Assembly (NCBI GenBank): GCA_945878785.1
Contig: CAMDVC010000001.1
Coordinates: forward strand, 1 to 41,518
Origin: Bifidobacterium breve
GTDB lineage: Bacteria; Actinomycetota; Acidimicrobiia; Acidimicrobiales; Ilumatobacteraceae
Direction: 5' to 3'
DNA length: 41,518 nucleotides
Part shown: one piece after another, positions 26,038-36,840 of the stretch
Position numbering within the stretch: position 1 is the stretch's first letter
Layout of the letters: every line of letters starts with the position of its first letter
Program-made: the position numbers and the translations under genes
Notes under the pieces: generated by a model
What the model was told of the DNA's origin: nothing
Databases searched by the model: none
Seen by the model: only the letters and a program-made list of their open reading frames with translations

Positions 26038-27357
26038 TCACTTCAAGAAGCCCTCATAGTTGCGCAGCATTAATTGACTATCAATCTGACGCATCAATTC
26101 AAGTGCGACACCAACGGCAATCAACACAGTGGTTCCGGCAAATGGGAACGATTGAACATCTCCGACCCACAAGATGATGTACGGCAAGATTGCAATGAAC
26201 GCAACAAATAATGCTCCAGGCAATGTGATGCGGTTAACTGCTTTCGACAAGTAACGCTCGGTCTGTTGACCAGGACGAATACCAGGAATGAAACCACCCT
26301 GTTTGCGCAACTGATCGGCCTGACGAATGGGGTCAAATGCGATGGAGTTGTAGAAATATGCGAATGCAACGATGAGCATAAAGAAGCCAACGATGTACAC
26401 CATGTTTTGGCTATTCACCAAGTAATCATTGACGAAACTTGCAACGGAGCCGCGCCAACCTTCAGCACTACCGAGAACGTTTGACAGCAACACAGGCAGC
26501 AAGAGAACCGACGACGCAAAGATGATGGGAACAACACCGGCTTGGTTGACCTTGAGCGGAATGTACGTGCTTTGTCCGCCAGTCATATTACGACCGACGA
26601 CTCGTTTTGCAAATTGAACTGGAATACGCCGCTGACCAAGTTCAACACGAACAACTGCAGCCAAAATTGCGAGCGACACAATGACGAGCAATGCGAACAC
26701 GATGAACTTCTTGCTCTGCAAAATTGAGTAGTAACTGTACGGCAAACCAGCAACAATGGAAGCGAAAATGATGACAGACATTCCATTTGAAATGCCGCGT
26801 TGGCTGATGAGTTCACCGACCCACATCAGCATTGCGGTACCCGCAACAAGCGTTGGAATAACCAGTAATGCACGCGGCATGAACGGATCAAGCAAGATAA
26901 CGTCTGGTGCTTGGGCTGCTGCACCAAAGAATGCAGACCCATTTCCTTGTCCGAAGATAAACGTGAGTCCGGAACCTTGTAACAGTGCAATTGCAATTGC
27001 GACGTAACGAGTCCATTGTGTGATCTTGCGCTGACCAACAGCACCCATCTCTTGCCATTCCTGCAATTTGGGAATCACAACGTTCAGCACCTGCATGATG
27101 ATGCTGGCTGTGATGTACGGCATGATGCCAAGTGCGAAAATGGAGAAGGACCCGAAGGCTCCACCAGAAAACAAGTTCAAGAACCCAAGAGCACCTTGTG
27201 ATTTCGACGCTTCACGCAATTGCGCAACGGCACTGGCATCAATGCCGGGCACGCGAAGAGACGAACCAAAGCGATAGACCATGATCATGACAAGGGTGAA
27301 AAACACCTTCTTGCGAAGATCTTCTACCTTGAAGATGTTCTTCAGGTTAGAAAACAC
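26038..27357 (-). CDS. secY: Preprotein translocase subunit SecY
   Basis: A 439-aa polytopic membrane protein (...GIMPYITASIIMQ...) with a GTG start 6 nt after AAGGAG, in the spc-operon position. Confidence 0.95.
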   Translation of the reverse strand: MFSNLKNIFKVEDLRKKVFFTLVMIMVYRFGSSLRVPGIDASAVAQLREASKSQGALGFLNLFSGGAFGSFSIFALGIMPYITASIIMQVLNVVIPKLQEWQEMGAVGQRKITQWTRYVAIAIALLQGSGLTFIFGQGNGSAFFGAAAQAPDVILLDPFMPRALLVIPTLVAGTAMLMWVGELISQRGISNGMSVIIFASIVAGLPYSYYSILQSKKFIVFALLVIVSLAILAAVVRVELGQRRIPVQFAKRVVGRNMTGGQSTYIPLKVNQAGVVPIIFASSVLLLPVLLSNVLGSAEGWRGSVASFVNDYLVNSQNMVYIVGFFMLIVAFAYFYNSIAFDPIRQADQLRKQGGFIPGIRPGQQTERYLSKAVNRITLPGALFVAFIAILPYIILWVGDVQSFPFAGTTVLIAVGVALELMRQIDSQLMLRNYEGFLK

Positions 27358-27402
27358 GTAGTACTCCTTATCGACATCGCGCAGTAACTGCTGCGACGAC
27401 GG

Positions 27403-27894
27403 TTAGCGGTTGGTGAACTGGTTGCCCTTAGCCGGAGGACGAATTTTGTGTGGCAAAGGCAGAATAGTCACAGAACCACCTGCAGCAAGAATGGCAGCTT
27501 CCGCTGACTTCGAGACTGCATGAGCAGAGACCTTGACTGGGATCGACAATGTGCCACGGCCAAGAACCTTGACCAAGGTGCCCTTGTGCGCAACACCCTT
27601 TTCCATGAGAATTTCAGGAGTTACTTCCGCAAGACCGATATCTGTAAGTGCGTCAAGGTTGACGGCGTAATACTCAACACGGAATGGGTTATTGAAGCCC
27701 TTCAACTTTGGAAGACGCTGGCTCATTGGTGTCTGACCACCTTCGAAACCGCGAGCTACCTTGCCGCGACCACGTGCGTTCTGACCCTTAGTACCACGGC
27801 CGGCAGTTTTACCGCCCTTACCGCCGGTACCACGACCTTTGCGCTTTGCGCGGTGGTTACTTCCTGGTGCTGGTGCAAGTTCATCGACGCGCAT
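27403..27894 (-). CDS. rplO: 50S ribosomal protein L15
   Basis: GRGTGGKGGKTAGRGTKGQNARG..FEGGQTPM.RLPK.GF. Confidence 0.95.
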   Translation of the reverse strand: MRVDELAPAPGSNHRAKRKGRGTGGKGGKTAGRGTKGQNARGRGKVARGFEGGQTPMSQRLPKLKGFNNPFRVEYYAVNLDALTDIGLAEVTPEILMEKGVAHKGTLVKVLGRGTLSIPVKVSAHAVSKSAEAAILAAGGSVTILPLPHKIRPPAKGNQFTNR

Positions 27895-27896
27895 GA

Positions 27897-28085
27897 TCAG
27901 TTGTTCTCCTTGACTTCAATGAGGTGAGGAACTCGGGCAATCATGCCGCGAATTTCTGGACGATCGGGAAGAGTGTTGGTGTCACCAATTTTGGTGAGAC
28001 CAAGTGCGCGAAGTGTGCCAACAGATTTTGGCTTTGCGCCAATCTTTGAACGCTTCAACGTAACGGTAAGAGTTTTCTCAGCCAT
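27897..28085 (-). CDS. rpmD: 50S ribosomal protein L30
   Basis: LTVTLKRSKIGAKPKSVGTLRALGLTKIGDT. Confidence 0.93.
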   Translation of the reverse strand: MAEKTLTVTLKRSKIGAKPKSVGTLRALGLTKIGDTNTLPDRPEIRGMIARVPHLIEVKENN

Positions 28086-28087
28086 GA

Positions 28088-28678
28088 TTAATGTGCCTCT
28101 CCAGCAGCGAGTGCTTTCTTGCGCTCGTTGTATGCCTTCAGTAATCCCTTTGGAACAAATGTCTCGGCAGGAATGCCGCGACGCTTTGCTACTTCATCAG
28201 GACGCTGTAGTTCACGAAGACCATCTATGGTTGCACGAGCAACGTTGATTGCGTTCGCAGAACCAAGTGACTTAGCAAGCACGTCGTGCACACCAGCTTC
28301 TTCAAGAATGATTCGAGCTGCACCGCCGGCAATAACACCGGTACCAGGAGCAGCAGGCTTCAAGAGAACGCGACCAGCTCCGGAGATTCCGAGAATTGGG
28401 TGAATGATTGTTGTGCCGGCAAGAGCAACATCAAACATGCTCTTCTTTGCTTCTTCAGTACCTTTTTGGATTGCCAAAGGAACTTCCTTTGCCTTTCCGT
28501 ATCCGAGACCAACGCGGCCATTGCCATCGCCCACAACAACAAGTGCAGTGAAAGAGAAACGACGTCCGCCCTTGACAACCTTTGCAACACGGTTGATGTG
28601 AATCACGCGTGATTCACGAAGTGCGCCTGGCTCTGGGGGTGTTGACGGATTTGCGTTGTTTGAGTATGAGTTACTCAT
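28088..28678 (-). CDS. rpsE: 30S ribosomal protein S5
   Basis: [40 protein letters not shown]. The start overlaps the rplR stop (TAATG). Confidence 0.96.
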   Translation of the reverse strand: MSNSYSNNANPSTPPEPGALRESRVIHINRVAKVVKGGRRFSFTALVVVGDGNGRVGLGYGKAKEVPLAIQKGTEEAKKSMFDVALAGTTIIHPILGISGAGRVLLKPAAPGTGVIAGGAARIILEEAGVHDVLAKSLGSANAINVARATIDGLRELQRPDEVAKRRGIPAETFVPKGLLKAYNERKKALAAGEAH

Positions 28679-29043
28679 TAGAACTCCAGTCCTGCTTCAC
28701 GAGCAGCTTGCGCCGCTGCGGCAACACGGCCATGGTAGGCGTAACCACCGCGGTCGTAAACGACCGTTGAGATTCCGGCTGCCTTAGCGCGTTGTGCGAT
28801 TAATTGTCCGACTTTTGTAGCTGCGGCAACAGTTGCACCACTAGCGCTGCGAAGGTCGCCTTCAACAGATGATGCTGCAGCGATTGTGTGACCGAGATCA
28901 TCATCAATGAGTTGCATGCTGAAGTGCTTGTTTGTGCGATGCACGGCAAGACGCGGACGTGCTGCTGTGCCGAAGATCTTTTTGCGTACACGACGATGAC
29001 GACGAAGTCGTGACTCGCGACGAATGCTTGAGAGATTTGCCAT
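28678..29043 (-). CDS. rplR: 50S ribosomal protein L18
   Basis: [29 protein letters not shown]...[14 protein letters not shown]. Confidence 0.95.
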   Translation of the reverse strand: MANLSSIRRESRLRRHRRVRKKIFGTAARPRLAVHRTNKHFSMQLIDDDLGHTIAAASSVEGDLRSASGATVAAATKVGQLIAQRAKAAGISTVVYDRGGYAYHGRVAAAAQAAREAGLEF

Positions 29044-29063
29044 GGTGAATCCTTACTACCGAA

Positions 29064-29603
29064 TCACTTCTTGCCGGTCTTGCCGGCCTTACGGAGAATG
29101 TGCTCATTGAGATAACGCACGCCTTTGCCCTTGTATGGCTCTGGCTTACGGATTGAACGAATGTTTGCTGCAACTTGACCGACAAGTTCTTTGTCGATGC
29201 CCTTCACAATGACTCGTGTCTGCACAGGAATTTCGAATGAGATTCCTTCAGGTGCTGGCACGATGACAGGGTGAGAGAAACCAAGTGCAAGACGCAAGTT
29301 TGCGCCCTGTGCTTCAGCCCGGTAACCCACGCCAACGATTTCAAGTTCTTTTGCAAAACCTTCAGTGACACCCAAGACCATGTTGTTCACGAGTGTGCGT
29401 GACAAACCGTGGAGTGCACGGTTCTGACGCTCGTCGTTTGGACGCTCAACAAAGATGATGGTGTCTTCTTTACGGACAACAATTTCACCAGGAATATCGC
29501 GTGCGAGTGTTCCCTTTGGACCTTTTACGGTGACGGTGCGACCAGCAATGGTGACATCGACGCCGGATGGAACGGTGATGGGAGCTTTACCAATTCGTGA
29601 CAT
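29064..29603 (-). CDS. rplF: 50S ribosomal protein L6
   Basis: [31 protein letters not shown]...[11 protein letters not shown]. Confidence 0.96.
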   Translation of the reverse strand: MSRIGKAPITVPSGVDVTIAGRTVTVKGPKGTLARDIPGEIVVRKEDTIIFVERPNDERQNRALHGLSRTLVNNMVLGVTEGFAKELEIVGVGYRAEAQGANLRLALGFSHPVIVPAPEGISFEIPVQTRVIVKGIDKELVGQVAANIRSIRKPEPYKGKGVRYLNEHILRKAGKTGKK

Positions 29604-29629
29604 ATTCGTTTCCTACTTTCGTCCCAGGC

Positions 29630-30031
29630 TCACCACACGAAGCACAGGACTTCGCCGCCGACCTTGCGCTTACGCGCTTCACGGTCGGTCATAAGACCTT
29701 GGCTAGTGGATAGAACTGCGACACCAAGACCACCAAGCACGCGAGGCACTTGAGTCGAATTGCGATACACGCGAAGACCAGGAGTTGACACACGTGTCAG
29801 ACCCTTGATGGTGCGATGGCGATCATTTGAATATTTCATTTGAACGGTGAGTTGATTGCCTGGACCTTTTGAAGAAGGTGCCACGGCGTAGCTATTGATG
29901 TAACCCTCTTTTTTGAGGATTTCAGCAAGAGCAACTTTTTGTTTCGACGATGGCATCACTACTGCTTCGTGCAACGCAGTATTTGCGTTGCGGATGCGGG
30001 TGAGCATGTCTGCGATTGGATCGGTCATCAT
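29630..30031 (-). CDS. rpsH: 30S ribosomal protein S8
   Basis: [16 protein letters not shown]... There are tandem ATGs at 30031/30028. Confidence 0.95.
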   Translation of the reverse strand: MMTDPIADMLTRIRNANTALHEAVVMPSSKQKVALAEILKKEGYINSYAVAPSSKGPGNQLTVQMKYSNDRHRTIKGLTRVSTPGLRVYRNSTQVPRVLGGLGVAVLSTSQGLMTDREARKRKVGGEVLCFVW

Positions 30032-30040
30032 GATTGGTAC

Positions 30041-30226
30041 CTACCAGCTCGCCTTAGTAACGCCTGGAATTTCTCCGGCGTGAACCATTTCTCGAAGACA
30101 AATACGGCACAGTCCAAATTTGCGGTACACCGAACGGGCGCGTCCACACTTGCGGCAACGTGTGTAACCACGCACCTTGAACTTTGGTTTTGCATTTGCT
30201 TTATTGATTTGTGAAATCTTGGCCAT
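30041..30226 (-). CDS. rpsN: 30S ribosomal protein S14 type Z (61 aa, Zn-binding)
   Basis: [23 protein letters not shown]...KASW. Confidence 0.94.
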   Translation of the reverse strand: MAKISQINKANAKPKFKVRGYTRCRKCGRARSVYRKFGLCRICLREMVHAGEIPGVTKASW

Positions 30227-30233
30227 GACCTAC

Positions 30234-30863
30234 CTACTTCCTCTTGCCGCCGCGGACAGGACCGCGACCCTTTGGCTTCTTACGTGCGGGGGGTCCACCC
30301 TCGTTGCCACGCTTGAAGGGAAAACCGAATGCGTCGAGAAGGGCACGGCCCTGCTCGTTGCTGACTGCTGTTGTAACAATTGTGATATCCATGCCACGAG
30401 TGGCATCAATCTTGTCGTAATCAATTTCTGGGAACACGATCTGATCTGCAAGACCAAACGTATAGTTGCCGCGACCATCCCATGAGTTCACAGGCAGTCC
30501 GCGGAAGTCGCGGATACGAGGAATTGCAATGGAAAGCAAACGATCGAAGAATTCCCACATGCGGTCGCCACGCAATGTGACTTTGCAACCAATTGCTTGA
30601 TCTTCACGCAGTTTGAAGTTTGCGATTGCGTCACGTGACTTGGTGACGAGTGGCTTTTGACCAGACAATGCTGTGAGGTCTGAAACTGCACCATCAAGAA
30701 GTGAAGGCTGCTGAGTTGCGCGGCCTACACCCATGTTGACGACAATCTTTTCAAGCTTTGGAACCTGCATTGGATTCGCAAGACCAAGTTGAGTAAGCAG
30801 AGCCTGCTTGATCTCAGCTTCGTAACGAACCTTCAGGCGTGGAGAAGTAGCGGTAGTAGCCAT
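30234..30863 (-). CDS. rplE: 50S ribosomal protein L5
   Basis: [11 protein letters not shown]...[14 protein letters not shown]...[11 protein letters not shown]. Confidence 0.96.
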   Translation of the reverse strand: MATTATSPRLKVRYEAEIKQALLTQLGLANPMQVPKLEKIVVNMGVGRATQQPSLLDGAVSDLTALSGQKPLVTKSRDAIANFKLREDQAIGCKVTLRGDRMWEFFDRLLSIAIPRIRDFRGLPVNSWDGRGNYTFGLADQIVFPEIDYDKIDATRGMDITIVTTAVSNEQGRALLDAFGFPFKRGNEGGPPARKKPKGRGPVRGGKRK

Positions 30864-31165
30864 CAGACTTCGTCTCCTGTCTTTTTCGCAACGCGCACCT
30901 TGGTGCCGTCGTCTTTGATCTTGTATCCAACACGTGTTGGCTTACCCTTGACTACGAGCATCACGTTTGATGCATCGATTGGCATTGGCTTTTCAATGAT
31001 GTCGGCTTTTTGGTTTGCACTGCGAGCCTTTGTGTGGCGCTTAGCAATGTTGCGGCCTTCAACGATCACTTGGTTGTCTTTTGGACGAACTTCAATGATC
31101 TCGCCTTGCTTACCAGCGTCTTTGCCAGCAATAAGTTGAACTGTGTCACCTTTACGGAACTTCAT
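30863..31165 (-). CDS. rplX: 50S ribosomal protein L24
   Basis: [24 protein letters not shown] (KOW motif). Confidence 0.95.
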   Translation of the reverse strand: MKFRKGDTVQLIAGKDAGKQGEIIEVRPKDNQVIVEGRNIAKRHTKARSANQKADIIEKPMPIDASNVMLVVKGKPTRVGYKIKDDGTKVRVAKKTGDEV

Positions 31166-31167
31166 GA

Positions 31168-31536
31168 CTAGAGCACCTCCGGTGCGAGCGAGACGATTCG
31201 CATAAATTTCTTGTCACGCAATTCGCGGCCAACTGGTCCGAAAATACGGGTGCCGCGAGGCGTGAGATCTTCTTTGATAAGAACTGCTGCATTTTCGTCG
31301 AAGCGGATGTAGCTGCCGTCTGGACGACGCTTTTCCTTCTTCACACGAACAACAACACAACGAACTACTTCACCTTTTTTCACTGCTGCGCCTGGAATGG
31401 CGTCTTTCACAGTGGCGATGAAAACATCACCAATTGATGCGTAGCGACGACGTGTTCCACCAAGAACCTTGATGCACAACACTTCTTTTGCGCCACTGTT
31501 ATCGGCAACGCGGAGACGAGACTCTTGCTGAATCAC
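31168..31536 (-). CDS. rplN: 50S ribosomal protein L14
   Basis: [27 protein letters not shown]. Confidence 0.97.
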   Translation of the reverse strand: MIQQESRLRVADNSGAKEVLCIKVLGGTRRRYASIGDVFIATVKDAIPGAAVKKGEVVRCVVVRVKKEKRRPDGSYIRFDENAAVLIKEDLTPRGTRIFGPVGRELRDKKFMRIVSLAPEVL

Positions 31537-31820
31537 TTTGCACGCTCCAGAACTTCAATGATGCGCCAGCGCTTGAGCTTTGACATTGGACGAATTTCCA
31601 TAACGCGAACGCGGTCACCAATGTTGACATCGTTGGTTGCGTCGTGTGCGTAGAGCTTCTTGGTACGAACGACCATCTTGCTGTATTTATGGTGAGCAAC
31701 ACGCTCGACAATGGCGATCACGGCGGTTTGGTTCATCTTGTTGGAGACGACCATTCCTTCGCGAACCTTGCGTGCGTTGCGCTCTTCGGTGTTATTTTCT
31801 TCTGCCATGTGACTACTCAC
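31533..31820 (-). CDS. rpsQ: 30S ribosomal protein S17
   Basis: [46 protein letters not shown] at 31820 overlaps the rpmC stop (GTGA). An alternative ATG is at 31808. Confidence 0.93.
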   Translation of the reverse strand: MSSHMAEENNTEERNARKVREGMVVSNKMNQTAVIAIVERVAHHKYSKMVVRTKKLYAHDATNDVNIGDRVRVMEIRPMSKLKRWRIIEVLERAK

Positions 31821-32035
31821 TTCCCGGCTGCCTCGGCCGCAACGATTTCGCGCTGACGGATGAGGGTATTGATGCGGGCGATTTGACGACGTACTTTGCC
31901 CAACTCGTCATGCTTGTCGAGTTGGCCTGTTGCGTTGCGAAATCGCAAATTAAGGGCTTCTTGTTTACTGGCACGGAGCTCGGCCACGAGGGCTGCGAGA
32001 TCCATGTCACGAAGGTCGGTAATTGAATGTGCCAT
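31817..32035 (-). CDS. rpmC: 50S ribosomal protein L29
   Basis: LRASKQEALNLRFRNATGQL...RRQIARINTLIRQRE. Confidence 0.93.
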   Translation of the reverse strand: MAHSITDLRDMDLAALVAELRASKQEALNLRFRNATGQLDKHDELGKVRRQIARINTLIRQREIVAAEAAGK

Positions 32036-32049
32036 TTTTTACTGTCCTA

Positions 32050-32466
32050 TCAGATTGGCTCGTCGCGTGAAATAACGCGAGCCTTGATCGGGAGCTTTTG
32101 TACGGCGCGCTCGAGAGCGGCACGCGCAACATCAGCGCTTGGGTACGACAACTCGAACAAAATGCGACCAGGCTTCACAACTGCAACCCAAAACTCTGGG
32201 TTACCTTTGCCGGAACCCATGCGGGTTTCTGCTGGCTTCTTTGTCACCGGCTTGTCAGGAAAGATGTTGATCCATACTTTTCCGCCGCGCTTAATGTGAC
32301 GAGTCATTGCAATACGAGCAGCTTCGATTTGACGAGCGCTGATCCAACCTGGTTCAAGAGCTTGAATACCGAACTCACCAAATGCAAGTGCGTTTCCGCC
32401 CTTTGATACACCGGTCATACGACCGCGCATCTGCTTACGGTGTTTTACTTTACGAGGCATCAACAT
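32050..32466 (-). CDS. rplP: 50S ribosomal protein L16
   Basis: [19 protein letters not shown]...[21 protein letters not shown]. Confidence 0.96.
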   Translation of the reverse strand: MLMPRKVKHRKQMRGRMTGVSKGGNALAFGEFGIQALEPGWISARQIEAARIAMTRHIKRGGKVWINIFPDKPVTKKPAETRMGSGKGNPEFWVAVVKPGRILFELSYPSADVARAALERAVQKLPIKARVISRDEPI

Positions 32467-32468
32467 GA

Positions 32469-33362
32469 TCAGCCCTCCCCACGAAGTTTTGGAGTCTCAT
32501 GCGAATCGTGCATACGACGCTCGATTGCTTCTTCTTCTTCAAGCAAACGCTCGAACTCAGGATCAGCAGGCTTGACGAGTGGTTGGATTTCTGGCTCAGC
32601 GGTTTCAACAGCGCCACGAGGTCCGCCTGATGAAACAACTTTACGAGCAGCAGCTTCTTGAACAACTTGACCGGAAGTTTCGCCAACAGCCATTGCTGCT
32701 TCACGAGAAATCTTGTCTTGTGAAGTGCTCTTGTACGGAAGGATGTCGCCCTTGTAGAGCCACACCTTTACGCCAACGCGACCAGAACTGGTACGTGCTT
32801 CGCGGAATCCGTAGTCGATGTCTGCACGAAGTGTGTGCAAAGGAACACGTCCTTCGCGGTACCACTCTGTGCGGCTCATTTCAGCTCCACCAAGGCGGCC
32901 TGAACATTGAACACGAATACCAAGTGCACCAAACTTCTGTGCGTTTTGAACAGCACGCTTCATAGCGCGACGGAAAGCGATGCGATTGACCAATTGGTCG
33001 GCAACACCCTGCGCGATAAGAGCTGCGTCAAGTTCTGCTTGCTTGATTTCAACAATGTTGAGTTGCAGGCGGTTGTTACCAGTGATCTTTGCAAGGCCAG
33101 TACGAAGCTCGTCTGCCTTTGCACCTTTACGACCGATAACAATTCCGGGACGCGCGGTGTGAACGTCGATGCGAAGCTTGTCACGTGTGCGCTCTACTTC
33201 AACGCGACTAACAGCTGCATCTTCAAGTGTCTTCATGAGGTACTCACGGATTTTCCAATCCTCTGTGAGATAGTCCTTGTATTCGCGCTCGCTGAACCAG
33301 CGGCTCTTCCAGTCTGTAGTGATGCCGAGTCTGAACCCGTATGGATTGATCTTCTGACCCAT
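32469..33362 (-). CDS. rpsC: 30S ribosomal protein S3 (with C-terminal extension)
   Basis: [23 protein letters not shown]...[31 protein letters not shown]. Confidence 0.96.
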   Translation of the reverse strand: MGQKINPYGFRLGITTDWKSRWFSEREYKDYLTEDWKIREYLMKTLEDAAVSRVEVERTRDKLRIDVHTARPGIVIGRKGAKADELRTGLAKITGNNRLQLNIVEIKQAELDAALIAQGVADQLVNRIAFRRAMKRAVQNAQKFGALGIRVQCSGRLGGAEMSRTEWYREGRVPLHTLRADIDYGFREARTSSGRVGVKVWLYKGDILPYKSTSQDKISREAAMAVGETSGQVVQEAAARKVVSSGGPRGAVETAEPEIQPLVKPADPEFERLLEEEEAIERRMHDSHETPKLRGEG

Positions 33363-33910
33363 CAGTTGCCTGCTTCTTCAGTGGTGGTGGTGTCGACTTG
33401 GTCGTCGGCAACGATCTCTTGATCGACAGCAGGTGCTTCCTTGCGGCTTGCAGCAACACGTGCGCGACGGTTGTTGGAAGGTGCACCCTTTGTCATTGTC
33501 TTTGCTTCAATCACTGCAAGTTGTGAATCGCTCATGCGATCAACAATGAGTGTGATGTGACATGTTCGCTTCAAGATTGCTCCGGCACGACCCTTTGCGC
33601 GAGGACGGAAACGCTTGAGCGTTGGACCCTCGTCTGCGAAGCATGCCTTTACGAACAATTCGTCAGCGTCAAGCTTGTCGTTTTCAACAGCATTTGCTAC
33701 AGCAGATGCAAGAACCTTGCGAATAACACGTGCAGCTTCACGATCTGTAAACTGCAAGATTTGGTCTGCAGTGCGAACGTCTTGGTTGCGAACAAGGTTC
33801 AGCACGACGCGCACTTTCGATGCAGATGAACGGTGGTAACGAGCGCTTGCGCGACTTCCACTTTTTGCACCGACGACGCGGTTGGCTTCATTGAGCTTTG
33901 GACCGGTCAT
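33362..33910 (-). CDS. rplV: 50S ribosomal protein L22 (with C-terminal extension)
   Basis: [27 protein letters not shown]...AA..I.KVL.SAVANA...[10 protein letters not shown]. Confidence 0.95.
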   Translation of the reverse strand: MTGPKLNEANRVVGAKSGSRASARYHRSSASKVRVVLNLVRNQDVRTADQILQFTDREAARVIRKVLASAVANAVENDKLDADELFVKACFADEGPTLKRFRPRAKGRAGAILKRTCHITLIVDRMSDSQLAVIEAKTMTKGAPSNNRRARVAASRKEAPAVDQEIVADDQVDTTTTEEAGN

Positions 33911-33912
33911 GA

Positions 33913-34191
33913 CTACTTCCTCGTGTTCTTTTCTTGTCCAGCGTGGAAGCGGAAAGTACGAGTTGGTGAGAACTCACCAAGCTTGTGGCCAACCATTGAC
34001 TCTGTGCAATATACAGGGACGTGCTTGCGACCGTCGTGCACGGCAATGGTGAGACCCACCATGTCCGGAACGATGGTTGAGCGACGCGACCATGTCTTGA
34101 TGACTTTGTGATCACCGGCAGTAACTGCGGCGTCAACTTTCTTGAGCAAGTGGTCGTCAACAAACGGACCCTTTTTGAGGCTACGAGACAT
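33913..34191 (-). CDS. rpsS: 30S ribosomal protein S19
   Basis: [19 protein letters not shown]...[30 protein letters not shown]. Confidence 0.97.
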   Translation of the reverse strand: MSRSLKKGPFVDDHLLKKVDAAVTAGDHKVIKTWSRRSTIVPDMVGLTIAVHDGRKHVPVYCTESMVGHKLGEFSPTRTFRFHAGQEKNTRK

Positions 34192-34194
34192 GAG

Positions 34195-35031
34195 TTACCT
34201 CCGACCCTTTCCGGCACGACGCCGACGAACGATGAGTGATTGAGATGGTTTGTTTTTGTTACGTGTACGGCCTTCTGGCTTACCCCAAGGAGATACTGGA
34301 GGACGACCACCAGAAGTCTTACCTTCACCACCACCGAGTGGGTGGTCGACAGGGTTCATGGCAACACCACGAGTTTGTGGGCGAACGCCCTTCCAACGGT
34401 TACGTCCGGCCTTGCCGATCTTGACGAGTTCGTGTTCTGAGTTACCAACTTCACCAACGGTGGCGCGGCAATCAAGAAGAACTCGACGCATTTCGGTAGA
34501 AGGAAGACGCAATGTTGCGAAGTCGCCTTCTTTAGCGACAACTTGAATTGACATTCCGGCAGAGCGAGCAATTTTGCCGCCTTGACCAGGACGAAGTTCA
34601 ACGTTGTGCACAACAGTTCCGACAGGGATGTAACGCAATTGCATTGCATTTCCTGGCTTGATGTCTGCACCGTGTCCGCTTTCGACACGCATACCTACTT
34701 CAAGACCCTTAGGAGCAAGGATGTATGCCTTTGTTCCGTCCATGTAATGAAGAAGTGCAATGCGGCACGTACGGTTCGGGTCGTACTCAATTGATGCAAC
34801 CTTTGCAGGCATGCCATCTTTGATGCGCTTGAAGTCGATGATGCGGTACTGGCGCTTATGTGCACCACCGCGGTGACGTGAAGTCTTGCGACCGTAGACG
34901 TTACGTCCGCCGGTGTTTGACTTTGAAGAGAGAAGAGTCTTTTCAGGCGTCGTCTTTGTGATCTCTGAGAAATCAGAGACTGTCTGGAAACGACGTCCGG
35001 GACTAGTTGGTTTGCGCTTGCGAATTGCCAT
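34195..35031 (-). CDS. rplB: 50S ribosomal protein L2
   Basis: [21 protein letters not shown]...[18 protein letters not shown]. The ATG at 35031 is preferred over the track start at 35076. Confidence 0.96.
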   Translation of the reverse strand: MAIRKRKPTSPGRRFQTVSDFSEITKTTPEKTLLSSKSNTGGRNVYGRKTSRHRGGAHKRQYRIIDFKRIKDGMPAKVASIEYDPNRTCRIALLHYMDGTKAYILAPKGLEVGMRVESGHGADIKPGNAMQLRYIPVGTVVHNVELRPGQGGKIARSAGMSIQVVAKEGDFATLRLPSTEMRRVLLDCRATVGEVGNSEHELVKIGKAGRNRWKGVRPQTRGVAMNPVDHPLGGGEGKTSGGRPPVSPWGKPEGRTRNKNKPSQSLIVRRRRAGKGRR

Positions 35032-35038
35032 GATTATT

Positions 35039-35329
35039 TCAGCTTTCGAACAACGGGATTTTGCTTCCCGCAGCAAGGGTGACTATGGCCCGCTTGGTGT
35101 GCGGGCGCTGACCGATTCGGTTGGAGTTACGTGTGCGCTGGAACTTGCCCTTGCGATTGATTGTGTTGACCTTGAGTACCTTGACGCCCCAGATTGCCTC
35201 GATGGCATCGTGGATCTCGGGCTTAGAAGCATCAACTGCAACTTGAAACGTGTACACATCTGTTTCCATAAGCGCGTAGCTCTTTTCAGAGACAACAGGC
35301 TTCAGAATGATGTCGCGTGGATCTTTCAT
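35039..35329 (-). CDS. rplW: 50S ribosomal protein L23
   Basis: [22 protein letters not shown]...[11 protein letters not shown]. The start overlaps the rplD stop (TAATG). Confidence 0.95.
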   Translation of the reverse strand: MKDPRDIILKPVVSEKSYALMETDVYTFQVAVDASKPEIHDAIEAIWGVKVLKVNTINRKGKFQRTRNSNRIGQRPHTKRAIVTLAAGSKIPLFES

Positions 35330-35949
35330 TACTTAGCTTCCTTTGCGATGGGCAGACTGTCTTTTGAAAAGACAATCCAGTCGTTGCACAAAACGTCGTA
35401 TGCATTGAGTTCACCAACAAGTGTGAGTTGCACTTCGGGAACATTGCGGAAGCTCTTGATTGCAACTTCTTCAGATGGAGAAACAACAACCATGACGCGA
35501 CCTTCAACACCAAGAGCGGTGAGTGCCTTGAGTGCATCTTTTGTGCTTGGAGATGTAAGGCCCCATGACTCGATAACAACGATGTGTCCTGAGCTGTTGC
35601 GATCTGACAACGCAGACGCAAGTGCAAGACGAATCATTTTGCGTGGCGTGCGTTGTGCGTACGAACGAGGCTTTGGTCCGTGAGCAATACCGCCACCCTT
35701 GAAATGAGGAGCGCGGGTTGAACCCTGACGTGCTCCACCAGTTCCCTTTTGGTTGAAAGGCTTCTTACCTGTACCTGAAACTTCAGCACGAGTTTTTGTG
35801 CTTTGTGTTCCGGCGCGACGACCTGCAAGTTGTGCTGTGACAACTTGGTGCATCACTGGAACGTTTGGTTCTACTGCAAACAGTTCGTCTGCAACGTCAA
35901 CGTTGCCAGCCGCTTTACCTGATGAATTCTTAACTGCGATTGATGCCAT
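35329..35949 (-). CDS. rplD: 50S ribosomal protein L4
   Basis: [53 protein letters not shown]. Confidence 0.96.
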   Translation of the reverse strand: MASIAVKNSSGKAAGNVDVADELFAVEPNVPVMHQVVTAQLAGRRAGTQSTKTRAEVSGTGKKPFNQKGTGGARQGSTRAPHFKGGGIAHGPKPRSYAQRTPRKMIRLALASALSDRNSSGHIVVIESWGLTSPSTKDALKALTALGVEGRVMVVVSPSEEVAIKSFRNVPEVQLTLVGELNAYDVLCNDWIVFSKDSLPIAKEAK

Positions 35950-35954
35950 CGGAA

Positions 35955-36593
35955 TTACTTCGCCTTCACTGCGTTACGCACGATGACAACGCCACCGTTC
36001 GGGCCAGGAATAGAACCCTTAATCAAAATGAGACCGCGCTCTGGATCGCTTTGCACTACTTCAAGATTGAGAGTGGTGACTTGCTCGTGACCCATGTGGC
36101 CAGCCATTCTGAGACCTTTGAATACACGACCTGGGAATGAGCATGAACCAATGGAACCAGGAGCACGATGGTGCTTATGGTTACCGTGGCTTGCGCCCTG
36201 GCCGCTGAAGTTGTGACGCTTCATACCACCAGCAAAACCTTTACCGCGGCTGACCGCAGTGACGTCGACTATTTCGCCCGGTGCAAGAAGATCAGCTGCG
36301 ATCTCTTGCCCGACAACGAAGCCATCGACTGAGTCGAGGCGTAGTTCGACGAGGCGGCGGCCCGCTTCGACTTTTGCTGACGCAAAGTGTCCCTGCTCAG
36401 GCTTGCTGAGCTTGGAGGCACTCTTGTGTCCGTATGTAACTTGTAACGCGGTGTATCCGTCGCGGTCATTTGTTTTGACCTGGACAACACGTACTGGCTC
36501 TACGCGCAGCACTGTGACAGGGATGACTCGTTGGTCATCTCCCCACACTTGTGTCATGCCGACTTTTTCGCCGACGATCGCTTTTTGTGCCAT
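35955..36593 (-). CDS. rplC: 50S ribosomal protein L3
   Basis: MAQKAIVGEKVGMTQVWGD...GKGFAGGMKRHNF.GQGASHG... The ATG at 36593 is preferred over the track start at 36626. Confidence 0.96.
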   Translation of the reverse strand: MAQKAIVGEKVGMTQVWGDDQRVIPVTVLRVEPVRVVQVKTNDRDGYTALQVTYGHKSASKLSKPEQGHFASAKVEAGRRLVELRLDSVDGFVVGQEIAADLLAPGEIVDVTAVSRGKGFAGGMKRHNFSGQGASHGNHKHHRAPGSIGSCSFPGRVFKGLRMAGHMGHEQVTTLNLEVVQSDPERGLILIKGSIPGPNGGVVIVRNAVKAK

Positions 36594-36840
36594 GGCGGCA
36601 ACCCTTTTTCTCGTTTGGTTATTCACGCAAATGCTCCGAGAACATTTCTGTTAACGGAGCACGTGTCTGGGTGTTGCCGTGTGGTTCCACTCTGCTTTAC
36701 AGCGTTGTGGCCTTCACGGACGTCGATTATTTTTTGTGTCTTCGACGGTCGATCTAGCTTTTCGGGTTTATACCCGAATCGCACGGACTGGAAACGCTAT
36801 CGGCAGTTTCGGCTAATCCACATGGGAACCATCGAGTGAT

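Noticed and set aside
34913-35683. 256-aa + strand ORF opposite rplB/rplW/rplD
   Set aside because: It is antisense to highly conserved ribosomal protein genes and has no motif or ribosome-binding site. It is a shadow ORF.
36761-36778. Hairpin ttcgggt-ttat-acccgaa considered as the terminator of the hydrolase gene
   Set aside because: No U-tract follows on the mRNA strand (AAGCTAGA), so it is not a convincing intrinsic terminator. It is kept only as part of the rplC-leader observation.
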